Source of the DNA: Myxococcota bacterium
GTDB lineage: Bacteria; Myxococcota_A; UBA9160; UBA4427
Direction of reading: 5' to 3'
NCBI GenBank assembly: GCA_965250285.1
Contig: OZ252299.1
Span: 640,001-704,000 of the forward strand
DNA length: 64,000 nucleotides
Shown here: positions 1 to 9,010 of the stretch, in pieces
Position numbering within the stretch: position 1 is the stretch's first letter
Layout of the letters: every line of letters starts with the position of its first letter
Notes under the pieces: model-generated
Told to the model about the DNA's origin: nothing
Seen by the model: only the letters and a program-made list of their open reading frames with translations
Databases searched by the model: none
Made by a program: the position numbers and the translations under genes

Positions 1-2
1 TG

Positions 3-611
3 CGAATGCACGTCGCGCGCATCGATCGCGCCGCCGTCCAGCGTTTTCAGGCGGCGCTGCAGGAGCTCGAGGAGAGCGGTGCGCCCCCCGATCAGATCGA
101 GGCGATGCGTCCGTTCGTCGTGATGGAGCACCTGCCGGCGCTGCTCGCGAGCTCGCCCGCGCTCGATGTGCGCGACGCCTTCGTCGACGCGCCCGACGGG
201 CGCGCCGAGGCGACCTTCCATCTGACCGTCGACGGCAGCGAGCCCGAGCTGCTCACCGATCCGTTCATGATGATGAGCCTGATCGAGGCGCACGCGTCGG
301 TCGAAGGGACCGACCCGTTGCTGCGCCGCCTCGCAGACCGAATGCTGCCCGCGCTCTACGCCGCGCCGCCGGTCGCCCCGCAAGCCGATTCGGGGCTCGT
401 CGTGTCGAACCCCGATGCCGCCGATCCGGGCGCGGGCGAAGTCCCGCTGGGCGAGGCGATCGACCGCGTCGACGTGTGGCTCGAGGACGGCACGCTCGTC
501 CAGGAAGGCGAGCGGCTGACCTTCGAGGCGCGCTTCGAGAACGGGATGCCGATGCTGAACGGCCAACCCGCCGACCCCGAGCTGATCACGAACCTGATGC
601 CCGGGATGTAG
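3..611 (+). CDS. C-terminal part of a probable DUF945/YdgA-family protein (5' truncated by window edge)
   Basis: Frame is open from the window start; ends with the YdgA-like tail (LEDGTLVQEG..LTFEARFENG..MLNGQP). Confidence 0.55.
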   Translation, partial: RMHVARIDRAAVQRFQAALQELEESGAPPDQIEAMRPFVVMEHLPALLASSPALDVRDAFVDAPDGRAEATFHLTVDGSEPELLTDPFMMMSLIEAHASVEGTDPLLRRLADRMLPALYAAPPVAPQADSGLVVSNPDAADPGAGEVPLGEAIDRVDVWLEDGTLVQEGERLTFEARFENGMPMLNGQPADPELITNLMPGM

Positions 612-619
612 CCGCCGAC

Positions 620-2878
620 TTGGATCCCGATCGCCGAAAGAGAACGCGTGCGCGCCTTGGGGTCGCGTGGCTTGGGCCCCTGCTCGTGTGGGCCGGGCTC
701 GTGACGGCGCTGGCCGCCCAGGCCGAAGAGGCTGCGCCGATCTTCGCCGGCGAAGAGGCGATCCCGGGCGACCCGGTGACGCCGGCGACCGAGAGCGCCC
801 CTGACGCGTCCGCACCGGCCGGGACCGGAGGATCGACCGACGCCCAGCCGGCGGTCGGCGGCGCCTCGCGCGACTCGGTCGAGGAGCTGGTGGTGCGGGC
901 GCGCCGCCCCGACGCCGATCTGCTCGAGGTGCCCCGGGCGATCAGCGAGCTCGGCATCGAAGACATCCAGGAGGGGCGGCTGCAGCTGACCCTCGCCGAA
1001 TCGCTCGCGCTCGTGCCTGGGGTCTTCGTTCAGAACCGCTCGAACTTCGCCCAGGACAACCGAATCTCGATCCGCGGGTTCGGCGCCCGGGCCAACTTCG
1101 GCCTGCGCGGCATCCGGCTCTACGTCGATGGCGTGCCTCAGACGCTGCCCGACGGTCAGGGCCAGGTCGACTCGCTGTCGCTGCCCACCGTCGGGCGCAT
1201 CGAGGTGCTGCGCGGCCCCGACTCGACGCTCTTCGGGCCGGCGGCCGGCGGCGTGATCCTCGTCGAGACCGAGCGCCCCGGTCCGGTGCCGACGGTGTCG
1301 GGGCGCGCAGCCTACGGCAGCTATGGCTACCAGAGCTATGACGGCAAGGCGGCTGCCTCGACTGATCGACACGACATCGTGGTCGGCGTCGCGCACCAGC
1401 GCCTCGACGGCTACCGCGACCACGCCGAGATGAAGAGCACCCAGGGCGTGCTGAAGTCGATCTTCGCGCTCACCGAGCAGACCGAACTGATCACGACGGT
1501 GCAGGCCGTGAACGCGCCGGAAGCGAACGATCCGGGGGGGCTGACCGCAGGAGCCGTCGCCCAGGATCCCACGCAGGCTTGGCAACGCAACGTCGAACTC
1601 GACGCGGGTGAATCGGTGAACCAAGCCACCGGTGGCCTGGGCGTGCGCCATACGTGGAACGAAGAACATGAGACCACGTTGCGCGGCTTCTACACCTGGC
1701 GGGCGTTCGACGGCCGATTGCCGGTCGAGAATCGCGGGCAGATCGATCTCGACCGGAACTTCGGCGGCGGGTCGCTGCTGCACGTGTGGCGCGGCGATCT
1801 CCTCTCCTTTCCACATCGACTCGTCGCCGGCGTCGAGGGCTCGGCCCAGCGCGATCATCGCCGCCGCTACGACAATCTCGACGGGGGGGAGCGCGGGCCG
1901 ATTCGCCTCGACCAGGACGAAGACGTCTCACTGATCCGCGCGTTCGCAGCCGACGAGCTGTCGCTGCCGGCCGACCTCACGCTGTCGGTGGGGGTCAGCT
2001 ACGACCACCTCTTCTACGCGGTCGACGACCGCTTGATGCCCGGTGGCAACGACGGCTCGGGCCAGCGCGACTTCGGTCGCGCCAGCCCGATGGCGGCGCT
2101 CGGGTGGTCGCCGACGCGCTGGACAAACCCGTACTTTCGCTTCTCGACCTCGTTCGAGCCGCCCACGACGACCGAGCTGATCGATCAGTCGGGCAGCGGC
2201 TTCAATCCGGGTGTCGAAGCGCAGCGTTCGAACAGCTGGGAGCTGGGCGTGAAGGGGGCCGGCGACGTCAAGGGGCTCGGCCTGCCGATCGCGGTGCGCT
2301 ACGAGCTGACCGGCTACCACATCGAGACGCGCGACGAGCTGATCCCCCAGGATACGAACGGGGTCACCTTCTATACCAACGCCGGGCGCACACGACGCTC
2401 GGGCCTCGAGACGCTGCTCGGCATCGAGCTGGTCGAGGGCCTCGAGTCTCGATTCGCGTATGCCTACGGTGTGTCGAAGTTCGTCGAGTACGTCGAGGGC
2501 GGGAACGACCTCGCCGGCAACCGGATCCCCGGTATCCCCGACCACGTCTTCACCTTCACGCTGCAGTACCAGCACCGTTCGGGGCTCTGGGGCGCCTGGG
2601 AGACGCGGGTCGTGAGCGCGATCCCCGTCGACGACGCGAATACGGCCGAGGCGGCGAAGTACGCCGTGCATGGCCTGCGGATCGGCTGGACCGGCCGGCT
2701 GCCCGGGCCCTTTCGCCAGCTCGCGTTCGCGCCCTACGTCGGCATCGAGAACCTGACCGACGCACGTTTCATCGACAACGTGCGCATCAATGCGTTCGGT
2801 GGCCGCTACTTCGAGCCGGCGCCGGCGCTCGCGGCGCAGTTCGGCGGTCGCCTCACCTATTTCTTCGGCGAAGAGTAG
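620..2878 (+). CDS. TonB-dependent receptor, YncD/PqqU-like
   Basis: Signal peptide after a TTG at 620; TonB box EELVVRA; plug motif SIRGFGARANFGLRGIRLYVDGVPQTLPDGQGQ; IEVLRGP; C-terminal RYFEPAP..GRLTYFF. Confidence 0.85.
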   Translation: MDPDRRKRTRARLGVAWLGPLLVWAGLVTALAAQAEEAAPIFAGEEAIPGDPVTPATESAPDASAPAGTGGSTDAQPAVGGASRDSVEELVVRARRPDADLLEVPRAISELGIEDIQEGRLQLTLAESLALVPGVFVQNRSNFAQDNRISIRGFGARANFGLRGIRLYVDGVPQTLPDGQGQVDSLSLPTVGRIEVLRGPDSTLFGPAAGGVILVETERPGPVPTVSGRAAYGSYGYQSYDGKAAASTDRHDIVVGVAHQRLDGYRDHAEMKSTQGVLKSIFALTEQTELITTVQAVNAPEANDPGGLTAGAVAQDPTQAWQRNVELDAGESVNQATGGLGVRHTWNEEHETTLRGFYTWRAFDGRLPVENRGQIDLDRNFGGGSLLHVWRGDLLSFPHRLVAGVEGSAQRDHRRRYDNLDGGERGPIRLDQDEDVSLIRAFAADELSLPADLTLSVGVSYDHLFYAVDDRLMPGGNDGSGQRDFGRASPMAALGWSPTRWTNPYFRFSTSFEPPTTTELIDQSGSGFNPGVEAQRSNSWELGVKGAGDVKGLGLPIAVRYELTGYHIETRDELIPQDTNGVTFYTNAGRTRRSGLETLLGIELVEGLESRFAYAYGVSKFVEYVEGGNDLAGNRIPGIPDHVFTFTLQYQHRSGLWGAWETRVVSAIPVDDANTAEAAKYAVHGLRIGWTGRLPGPFRQLAFAPYVGIENLTDARFIDNVRINAFGGRYFEPAPALAAQFGGRLTYFFGEE

Positions 2879-2950
2879 GCGGGCCGCGACGCGGCTCGGC
2901 GCTTCGGCGCGCTAGCATCGAGCGGAGCCCGAAGTAAGCCAGGAGGTGAC

Positions 2951-3184
2951 ATGGCCACCGACCCGCTCGTCGTGATCGAAACGTATTCAGACGAATCCTT
3001 TGCCGAGGCCGCGGTCTCGCTGCTTGCCGCCGAGGGGATCGAAGCGCAGATCGCGAGCGACGACGCCGGTCATGCGCTGCCCAACCTCGACTTCGCGAAG
3101 GGCGTGCGTGTCCTCGTCGCGCCGAGCGACGCCGACCGGGCGAAGGCCTTGATCGAGACGGCGGGGGACGCCCCCGAAGCCTGA
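2951..3184 (+). CDS. DUF2007-family small protein
   Basis: AGGAGG RBS; pattern AE.A.SLL.AEGI.A...GVRVLV...D..RA. Confidence 0.75.
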   Translation: MATDPLVVIETYSDESFAEAAVSLLAAEGIEAQIASDDAGHALPNLDFAKGVRVLVAPSDADRAKALIETAGDAPEA

Positions 3185-3251
3185 GCGTCGGCGCCAGCCA
3201 TGTGGCCTGCGCGCGGGCGCGAGCGGCCAGCCATCCCAGCGGAGGCCTCCC

Positions 3252-5483
3252 ATGAGCGAGAACGTCCACCTGCGTCAGTGCACCCTGTGTGAAGGCATGT
3301 GCGGTCTGCGCGTGACCGTCGATGGTGACCAGATCACGAAGATCCGCCCCGACCCCGACGATGTCTGGAGCAAGGGCTACGCGTGCCCGAAGGGGGCGAG
3401 CCTCGCGGCCTTCCATCACGACCCCGACCGGCTGCGTACGCCGTTGATCAAGCGCGACGGCGTCTTCGTCGAGGCGACGTTCGAAGAGGCCTACGCCGAG
3501 TGCGAGCGGCTGCTGCACGGCGTGATCGAGCGTCACGGCAAGTCGGCGCTGACCGCCTTCGTCGGCAATCCGAGCGGACACAACTTCTCGCTGAGCCGCT
3601 ACATCGGCGCCTTCATGGCGTTCTCGGCCCTCGACCCGATCTACTCGAGCGGCACGGTCGACCAGTGGCCGAAGAACCTGTCGAGCGCGCTCATGTACGG
3701 CGGCATGTGGAAGATCCCGACCGCCGACATCGATCGCACCGACTTCCTCGTGATCCAGGGGGCCAACCCGCACGCGAGCCAGGGCAGCCTGATGTGCGCA
3801 CCGGACTTCCTCGGCCGGATGGACGCGCTGCACGCCCGCGGTGGCCACAGCATCGTGATCGATCCGCGCCGCACCGGCACCGCCGATCGCGCGAGCGAGT
3901 GGCTGCCGATCCAGCCGGGCACCGACGCGCTGCTGCTGCTCGCGGTGCTGCACGTGCTCTTCGACGAAGGGCTCACACAGACCGAAGCCCTCGAGCCGCA
4001 TCTCTCGGGCCTCGAGCAGGTGGCCGAGCTGGTGCGCGAGTGGACGCCCGAGCGTGTCGAAGCCGACTGCCGCATTGAGGCCGCCGAGATCCGGCGGCTC
4101 GCGCGGGCCTTCGCCGGCGCCGAGAAGGCGGCGTGGTACGCCCGCATCGGCACCTGCACGCAGGAGTTCGGCACCCTCGCTTCGTGGCTCGTCGACGTCG
4201 TGAACATCGTCGCCGGCCACTTCGATCGCCCGGGCGGCATGATGTTCGCGAATCCCGTCGCCTGGGGCAGCACGACGCTCCCCGACCCGCAGTGGGCCGA
4301 TGGCTTTGCCTTCGGTCGCTCTCACAGTCGGGTGCGCGGCGTCCCCGAGGTGCTGGGGCAGTACCCGGCCTCGTGCCTGGCCGAAGAGATCGCGACGCCG
4401 GGCGATGGCCAGCTGCGCGGCCTGATCACGATCGCCGGCAACCCCGCGATCTCGGTGCCCGACGCCGCCGCACTCGACGCGGCGCTACCCGGCCTCGAGG
4501 CGATGATCTCGGTCGACTGCTACGTGAACGAGACGACGCGGCACGCCGACGTGATCCTGCCCGGGCCGTCGCCCTTCGAAGAGCCGCATTACGACGACCT
4601 CATGTGGGGTTGGGCGGTGCGCAACGCGGCGCGGTACTCGGCGCCGATCTTCGAGATGGCCGACGACATGCGGCCCGAGTGGCAGACGCTGATCATGCTC
4701 GGCCTGCTCTGCGCCGGACAGAAGGCGGCCGACATCGACGTGCACGCGGTCGATCAGCTCTACTTCGCCGGGATCACCGGGGTGGTGTGCGGCCTCGAGG
4801 GCGGGCCCCTCGAAGGCCGCGACCCGGGCGAGATCGTCGCTGCGACTTCGGGCGTCGGGCCCGAGCGGCTGCTCGAGCTGCAGATCCGAAGTGGTCCCTA
4901 TGGCGACGCCTACGGCGCGAAGCCCGAGGGTCTCACCCTCGAGCAGGTGAAGGCGGCCGAGCACGGCCTCGACATCGGTGCCCTCGAGCCGCGCGTGCCC
5001 GAGGTGCTCGAGACGCCGAGCGGGCGTATCGAGCTGGCGCCCGAGTTCATCGTGGCGGATCTCGAACGGCTGGCGGCTCGCGAGGGGCGCGACGACGGGC
5101 TCGTGCTCGTGAGCCGACGCCACGTGCGTTCGAAGAACTCGTGGATGCACAATCTCGGCCCGCTGATGACGGGCAAGGATCGCTGCACGCTGCTGGTCCA
5201 CCCTGACGATGCATCGCGGCTCGGCATCGAGGCGGGCGCTCACGCGCGCGTGAGCTCGCTTGCCGGTGCCATCGAGGCGCCGGTCGAAGTGAGCGATGAG
5301 ATGATGCCCGGCGTCGTGTGCCTGCCGCACGGCTGGGGGCACGATAAGCCCGATACGCGAATGGCGGTGGCGTCGGAGCACGCGGGCGTCTGCAACAACG
5401 TGATTGCGCCCGGTGAGTTCGTCGACTCGCTCTCGAACAACGCCGCCGTGAACGGCATCCCGGTGCGGGTCGAGCCGGTCTGA
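3252..5483 (+). CDS. Molybdopterin (bis-MGD) oxidoreductase, catalytic subunit
   Basis: N-terminal [4Fe-4S] motif CTLCEGMCG...CPKG; DRLRTPL; GANP; IDPRRT; C-terminal HPDDA..LGI...PGVVCLPHGWG; GGAGG RBS. Confidence 0.9.
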   Translation: MSENVHLRQCTLCEGMCGLRVTVDGDQITKIRPDPDDVWSKGYACPKGASLAAFHHDPDRLRTPLIKRDGVFVEATFEEAYAECERLLHGVIERHGKSALTAFVGNPSGHNFSLSRYIGAFMAFSALDPIYSSGTVDQWPKNLSSALMYGGMWKIPTADIDRTDFLVIQGANPHASQGSLMCAPDFLGRMDALHARGGHSIVIDPRRTGTADRASEWLPIQPGTDALLLLAVLHVLFDEGLTQTEALEPHLSGLEQVAELVREWTPERVEADCRIEAAEIRRLARAFAGAEKAAWYARIGTCTQEFGTLASWLVDVVNIVAGHFDRPGGMMFANPVAWGSTTLPDPQWADGFAFGRSHSRVRGVPEVLGQYPASCLAEEIATPGDGQLRGLITIAGNPAISVPDAAALDAALPGLEAMISVDCYVNETTRHADVILPGPSPFEEPHYDDLMWGWAVRNAARYSAPIFEMADDMRPEWQTLIMLGLLCAGQKAADIDVHAVDQLYFAGITGVVCGLEGGPLEGRDPGEIVAATSGVGPERLLELQIRSGPYGDAYGAKPEGLTLEQVKAAEHGLDIGALEPRVPEVLETPSGRIELAPEFIVADLERLAAREGRDDGLVLVSRRHVRSKNSWMHNLGPLMTGKDRCTLLVHPDDASRLGIEAGAHARVSSLAGAIEAPVEVSDEMMPGVVCLPHGWGHDKPDTRMAVASEHAGVCNNVIAPGEFVDSLSNNAAVNGIPVRVEPV

Positions 5484-5569
5484 TCCGACGGCGCCGCGGG
5501 CGCTTGGCGAAGCAGGCGGAGGCGCCGGTCGCGCGTCGGGGCAGGGGGCGGGGCAGGGAAGGGGCCCGA

Positions 5570-5645
5570 TGGCTCCCCGGGTAGGACTTGAACCTACGAC
5601 AAGGCGGTTAACAGCCGCCTGCTCTGCCAGCTGAGCTACCGGGGA
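5570..5645 (-). tRNA. tRNA-Asn(GTT)
   Basis: Reverse complement TCCCCGGTAGCTCAGCTGG...GGCGGCT-GTT-AACCGCC...GGTTCAAGTCC...GGGGAGCCA: full cloverleaf with encoded CCA. Confidence 0.97.
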
Positions 5646-5837
5646 ACAGGGCCTTCGGGCGGCGGAATTCTAGAGGCTGAACCCCGAAACGCAAGCGCGG
5701 ACGGCGAGTTGTCCAGGTCCTGGGCGAGGCCGTTCGGCTGCGCTCGAAGGCCCGGCCGAAGCCGCGCGGAATCGCGCACAGGCGCGCTGCCCAGCTTCGG
5801 TCGCCCGAGAGGGACGGCGCCGGCAGAGGCGCCTCGG

Positions 5838-6314
5838 TCAGCCGTACTGGACCCCGATGATCTCGAACTCGCGTTCGCCCTTCGGCACGCGCACGACCAC
5901 CTCGTCACCGGGCTCCTTGTGCATCACCGCTCGGGCGACGGGTGACGTGACCGAGATCTTGCCGGCCTTCGCGTCGGCCTCGTACTCGCCGACGATCTGA
6001 TACGCGACCTCGTCGCCCGACTCGACGTCTTCGAGCTTCACCGTGGCGCCGAATCGCACCTTGTCGCCGGGCTGATCGCTGTTGTCGATGACCTGGGCCA
6101 GCGCCACGCTGTTCTCGAGCTGCGCGATCTTGCCCGCGATGAGGCCCTGCTTCTCTTTGGCCGCGTGATACTCGGCGTTCTCTGAGAGGTCGCCGTGGGC
6201 GAGCGCAGCCTCGATCTCCTTGATGTTCTCGAGTCGGTCGACCGACTTCAGCTGCTGGAGCTCGGCCTTGAGCGCCTCGAAGCCGTCGGGTGTGATCGGG
6301 ATGCGATCGGCCAT
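5838..6314 (-). CDS. greA: Transcription elongation factor GreA
   Basis: HGDLSENAEYHAAKE; ISVTSPVARA. Confidence 0.97.
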   Translation of the reverse strand: MADRIPITPDGFEALKAELQQLKSVDRLENIKEIEAALAHGDLSENAEYHAAKEKQGLIAGKIAQLENSVALAQVIDNSDQPGDKVRFGATVKLEDVESGDEVAYQIVGEYEADAKAGKISVTSPVARAVMHKEPGDEVVVRVPKGEREFEIIGVQYG

Positions 6315-6663
6315 CTTGCAGTCGGGTCCTTGCGCTGGGCGCCGCCTCGGGGCGCCGGTGGTCTATTCTGCGGCCCATCTCCGAACGAGCCGAGCGCCGT
6401 GCTCGGGCGACGGTGGGAGCGTGTGGCCGTCGGGAGAGCGCCCCTCGTCGGGATCGGCCGGCGTCGTGTCTCGAGCCGGCACTGCGAGGCGCCGCAGCGA
6501 CTCGCATCGACCCCGTCGGATGTCGTCCGTTCGGTGGGGGCGTACGGGAATCAGGAAAGTTAGGCCCCCGGCGGGGACGGGTCAACGCCGCCGGGCCCGG
6601 CCGTTCGCTCGGGGGCGAACGGACCGCCTCCCTGACCGGGTGGGCAGCGCAAAAGGAGCGGAA

Positions 6664-7416
6664 TTGACCGAGGACCGATTTTCGCCGCAGCCGAGCGGCC
6701 TCGGCGAGCAGCCCACGGAATCGGCCAGGGGGACGCCGCCGACGATCTCGGCGCCACAGCGCCGCGCGGAGGCACCGGGGCCGGCCGAGCGGGGGAGCCG
6801 CCTGGTTCGGCTCGCCGTGCCCTTCTATCTCATCATGGCCGGTGTGGCATGGCTCTGGCGCGCCCTGGTACGGGGGGAGCCGATCTTCTCGGCACCGGGC
6901 GTCGAGCCGGCGGCGATCTGGCCGCTCGACGAGGCCATCGGCGCCGGCGCCGCGCTGGGGCTGGCGGTCGTCGCGGCGTCGGCGGTCTGGACCCGCTGGC
7001 TGCCTTCGGGCGAAGCCGTCTCGCGTTACCTCGGCCAGGCGATCGGGCGCATCGGTCTCGGCGCCACGACGCTGCTGGCCGTCGTGAGCGGCCTCGGTGA
7101 AGAGATGCTCTTTCGCGGCGCGCTTCAGCCCGAGATCGGCCTCGTGCTCGCGTCGATCGGCTTCGGCCTCGCCCATCTGGTTCCGCGCTGGCCGATCGTG
7201 CTGTGGAGCCTGTACGCGATCGTGATCGGGTTCGTGTTCGGCTGGGCGTTCGAGGCGAGCGGCAGCCTGTGGGTGCCCGTCGTCGCACACGCCGTCGTGA
7301 ACGGCATCAACCTGCCGATCCTGTCGCGTCGCTACGGGGGTGTGGATGCGCCGGGGTCAGGCCTCGTCGACGATGCGCGCGACGGCGTCCATCTCGACGA
7401 GCGCACCCAGCGGTAG
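6664..7416 (+). CDS. CPBP (CAAX/Abi) family intramembrane metalloprotease
   Basis: EEMLFRG, FGLAH and HAVVN motifs; TTG start behind AAGGAG. Confidence 0.85.
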   Translation: MTEDRFSPQPSGLGEQPTESARGTPPTISAPQRRAEAPGPAERGSRLVRLAVPFYLIMAGVAWLWRALVRGEPIFSAPGVEPAAIWPLDEAIGAGAALGLAVVAASAVWTRWLPSGEAVSRYLGQAIGRIGLGATTLLAVVSGLGEEMLFRGALQPEIGLVLASIGFGLAHLVPRWPIVLWSLYAIVIGFVFGWAFEASGSLWVPVVAHAVVNGINLPILSRRYGGVDAPGSGLVDDARDGVHLDERTQR

Positions 7417-7764
7417 CGCCGCGACCTGCACGGTCGCTCGGGCCGGCGCGGGATCGCCCGAGAACGCCTCGGCGTAGAGGGCGTTGACCTTCGGAAAGTC
7501 GGCGATGTCGGCGAGGTAGATCGTGACCTTGAGCGTGTGCTCGAAGCCGCTGCCGCCGGCGCGCAGCACGGCGCCGAGATTCGAGAGCACCTGACGTGTC
7601 TGCGCCTCGACGTCGCCTTCGACCATTGCACCGGTGTCGGGCACCAGCGGGATCTGGCCCGAGGCGTAGAGGACGTCGCCATGAGCCACGGCCTGCGAGT
7701 ACGGGCCGACCGGCGCCGGCGCGGCGTCGGTGCGGATCTCTCGGATCGAATCGGGCGTCGACAT
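7357..7764 (-). CDS. ridA: RidA/YjgF family enamine deaminase
   Basis: APAPVGPYSQAV; SGQI; PARATVQVAALP; VEMDA. Confidence 0.92.
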   Translation of the reverse strand: MSTPDSIREIRTDAAPAPVGPYSQAVAHGDVLYASGQIPLVPDTGAMVEGDVEAQTRQVLSNLGAVLRAGGSGFEHTLKVTIYLADIADFPKVNALYAEAFSGDPAPARATVQVAALPLGALVEMDAVARIVDEA

Positions 7765-7844
7765 CGCTGCATCCTCTCATGACGTGCCGAGAGGATGCGG
7801 TCGCCCCCGCCTGCGAGCACGCGGCGAAGCCGGCGGGTGTGCGC

Positions 7845-8096
7845 TCAGATCTCGCGGCGCTGGGGGTCGAGGCGCTCCTCGACGACGCGCAGGAGATAGC
7901 CCATCAGCATCAGGTTCGGCAGCCGTTCACGCGTGGCGTCTTCGATCTCGGCCGTCTTGCCGAAGTGATTCGCGTACTCACTGATGAAGCCGAGCGCGTC
8001 GACCGGCACGTTGTGAGCGAGCATCTCGTTGATCTGTTCGGAGTCGAGCTCGTGAAAGACCTCGGCCAACTGCCACGCCATTTCCTCGAAGGACAT
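7845..8096 (-). CDS. Small hypothetical helical protein (83 aa)
   Basis: ATG behind GGAGAG; protein-like composition with GC3-biased codons. Confidence 0.65.
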   Translation of the reverse strand: MSFEEMAWQLAEVFHELDSEQINEMLAHNVPVDALGFISEYANHFGKTAEIEDATRERLPNLMLMGYLLRVVEERLDPQRREI

Positions 8097-8285
8097 GTGC
8101 TCTCCGCTCGGGGCCCGAAGCACCCGAGCCGTCGGAGCACGGGCGATGGACCAGAGGGAGGCCGGCTCGTCCGCGCTGAGGGGACGCATGCGTCGCTCGA
8201 GCCATCTTGATTCGAAGGCCCGGTGATGCCGCGCACGAACGATGCTGGCATTCGGCTGATTCACTGTCAACGGAGCGTTCGACCG

Positions 8286-8307
8286 GTTGACACCGATTGG
8301 TGTCAAC
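8286..8307. promoter_or_regulatory. Palindromic operator-like site GTTGACACC-GATT-GGTGTCAAC
   Basis: Perfect 9-bp arms containing TTGACA, in a long intergenic region. Confidence 0.5.
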
Positions 8308-8708
8308 TCGATCTGCGCGAACTTGCACGCGAGTTGCGCTTTGCACCGAACCTTCGTGCGGCGGCTGCGACTGCACGCCTCGCTCATGCAGCGCGTGAAT
8401 GTGATGCGGAATCAGCGACGCGGGCGGCAGAGTTGCCTGTTCGAACGATGGCTCGAACCGCGACGCGTGGAAGCGGGCCGAGGCACCAAACGCGGGATGC
8501 GCGAAGCGTCCGTGATGGCTCGAAGCGCTACGAAAAAAGTTTCGCTGTCGGCCGCACGCCCGCGGGCGAGCCGAAGGGCGCGGCGACGACCGCGGCGACT
8601 CGGGGTCAGTGCATAGGCCGCGCGCGCGCCGAATCGGGTCTCGGATTCGAGCGCGAAGCGTGCGGCTGGCGAGTCGATGGGAGTAGAGAGAAGAGTGGGG
8701 AGAGGCAA

Positions 8709-8785
<77 letters not shown>

Positions 8786-9010
8786 ACTGGCGGCGGAGTA
8801 TGACGCCGAAAGCCCTCGTTCTCAAGCTGTACGGGCGGGTTCGCGACCGGCGCGGGCCGATCCGACGCGCCCGGGGCGTGAGACTCGTCTCTGAGCGCTC
8901 GACGCGCGGCCCGCGAGGTGCGAGGCGCCACCTGCCGCGGCCAGAGCGTAGAATTGGCGGCAGTTCACGCATTCGGGCTGCGCCGCCCGTCGAGGGGAAC
9001 GAAGAGCCCG

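Noticed and set aside
7357..7416. 60-bp convergent overlap of the CPBP and ridA genes
   Set aside because: A non-conserved C-terminal run-on is common in GC-rich genomes; no evidence of function
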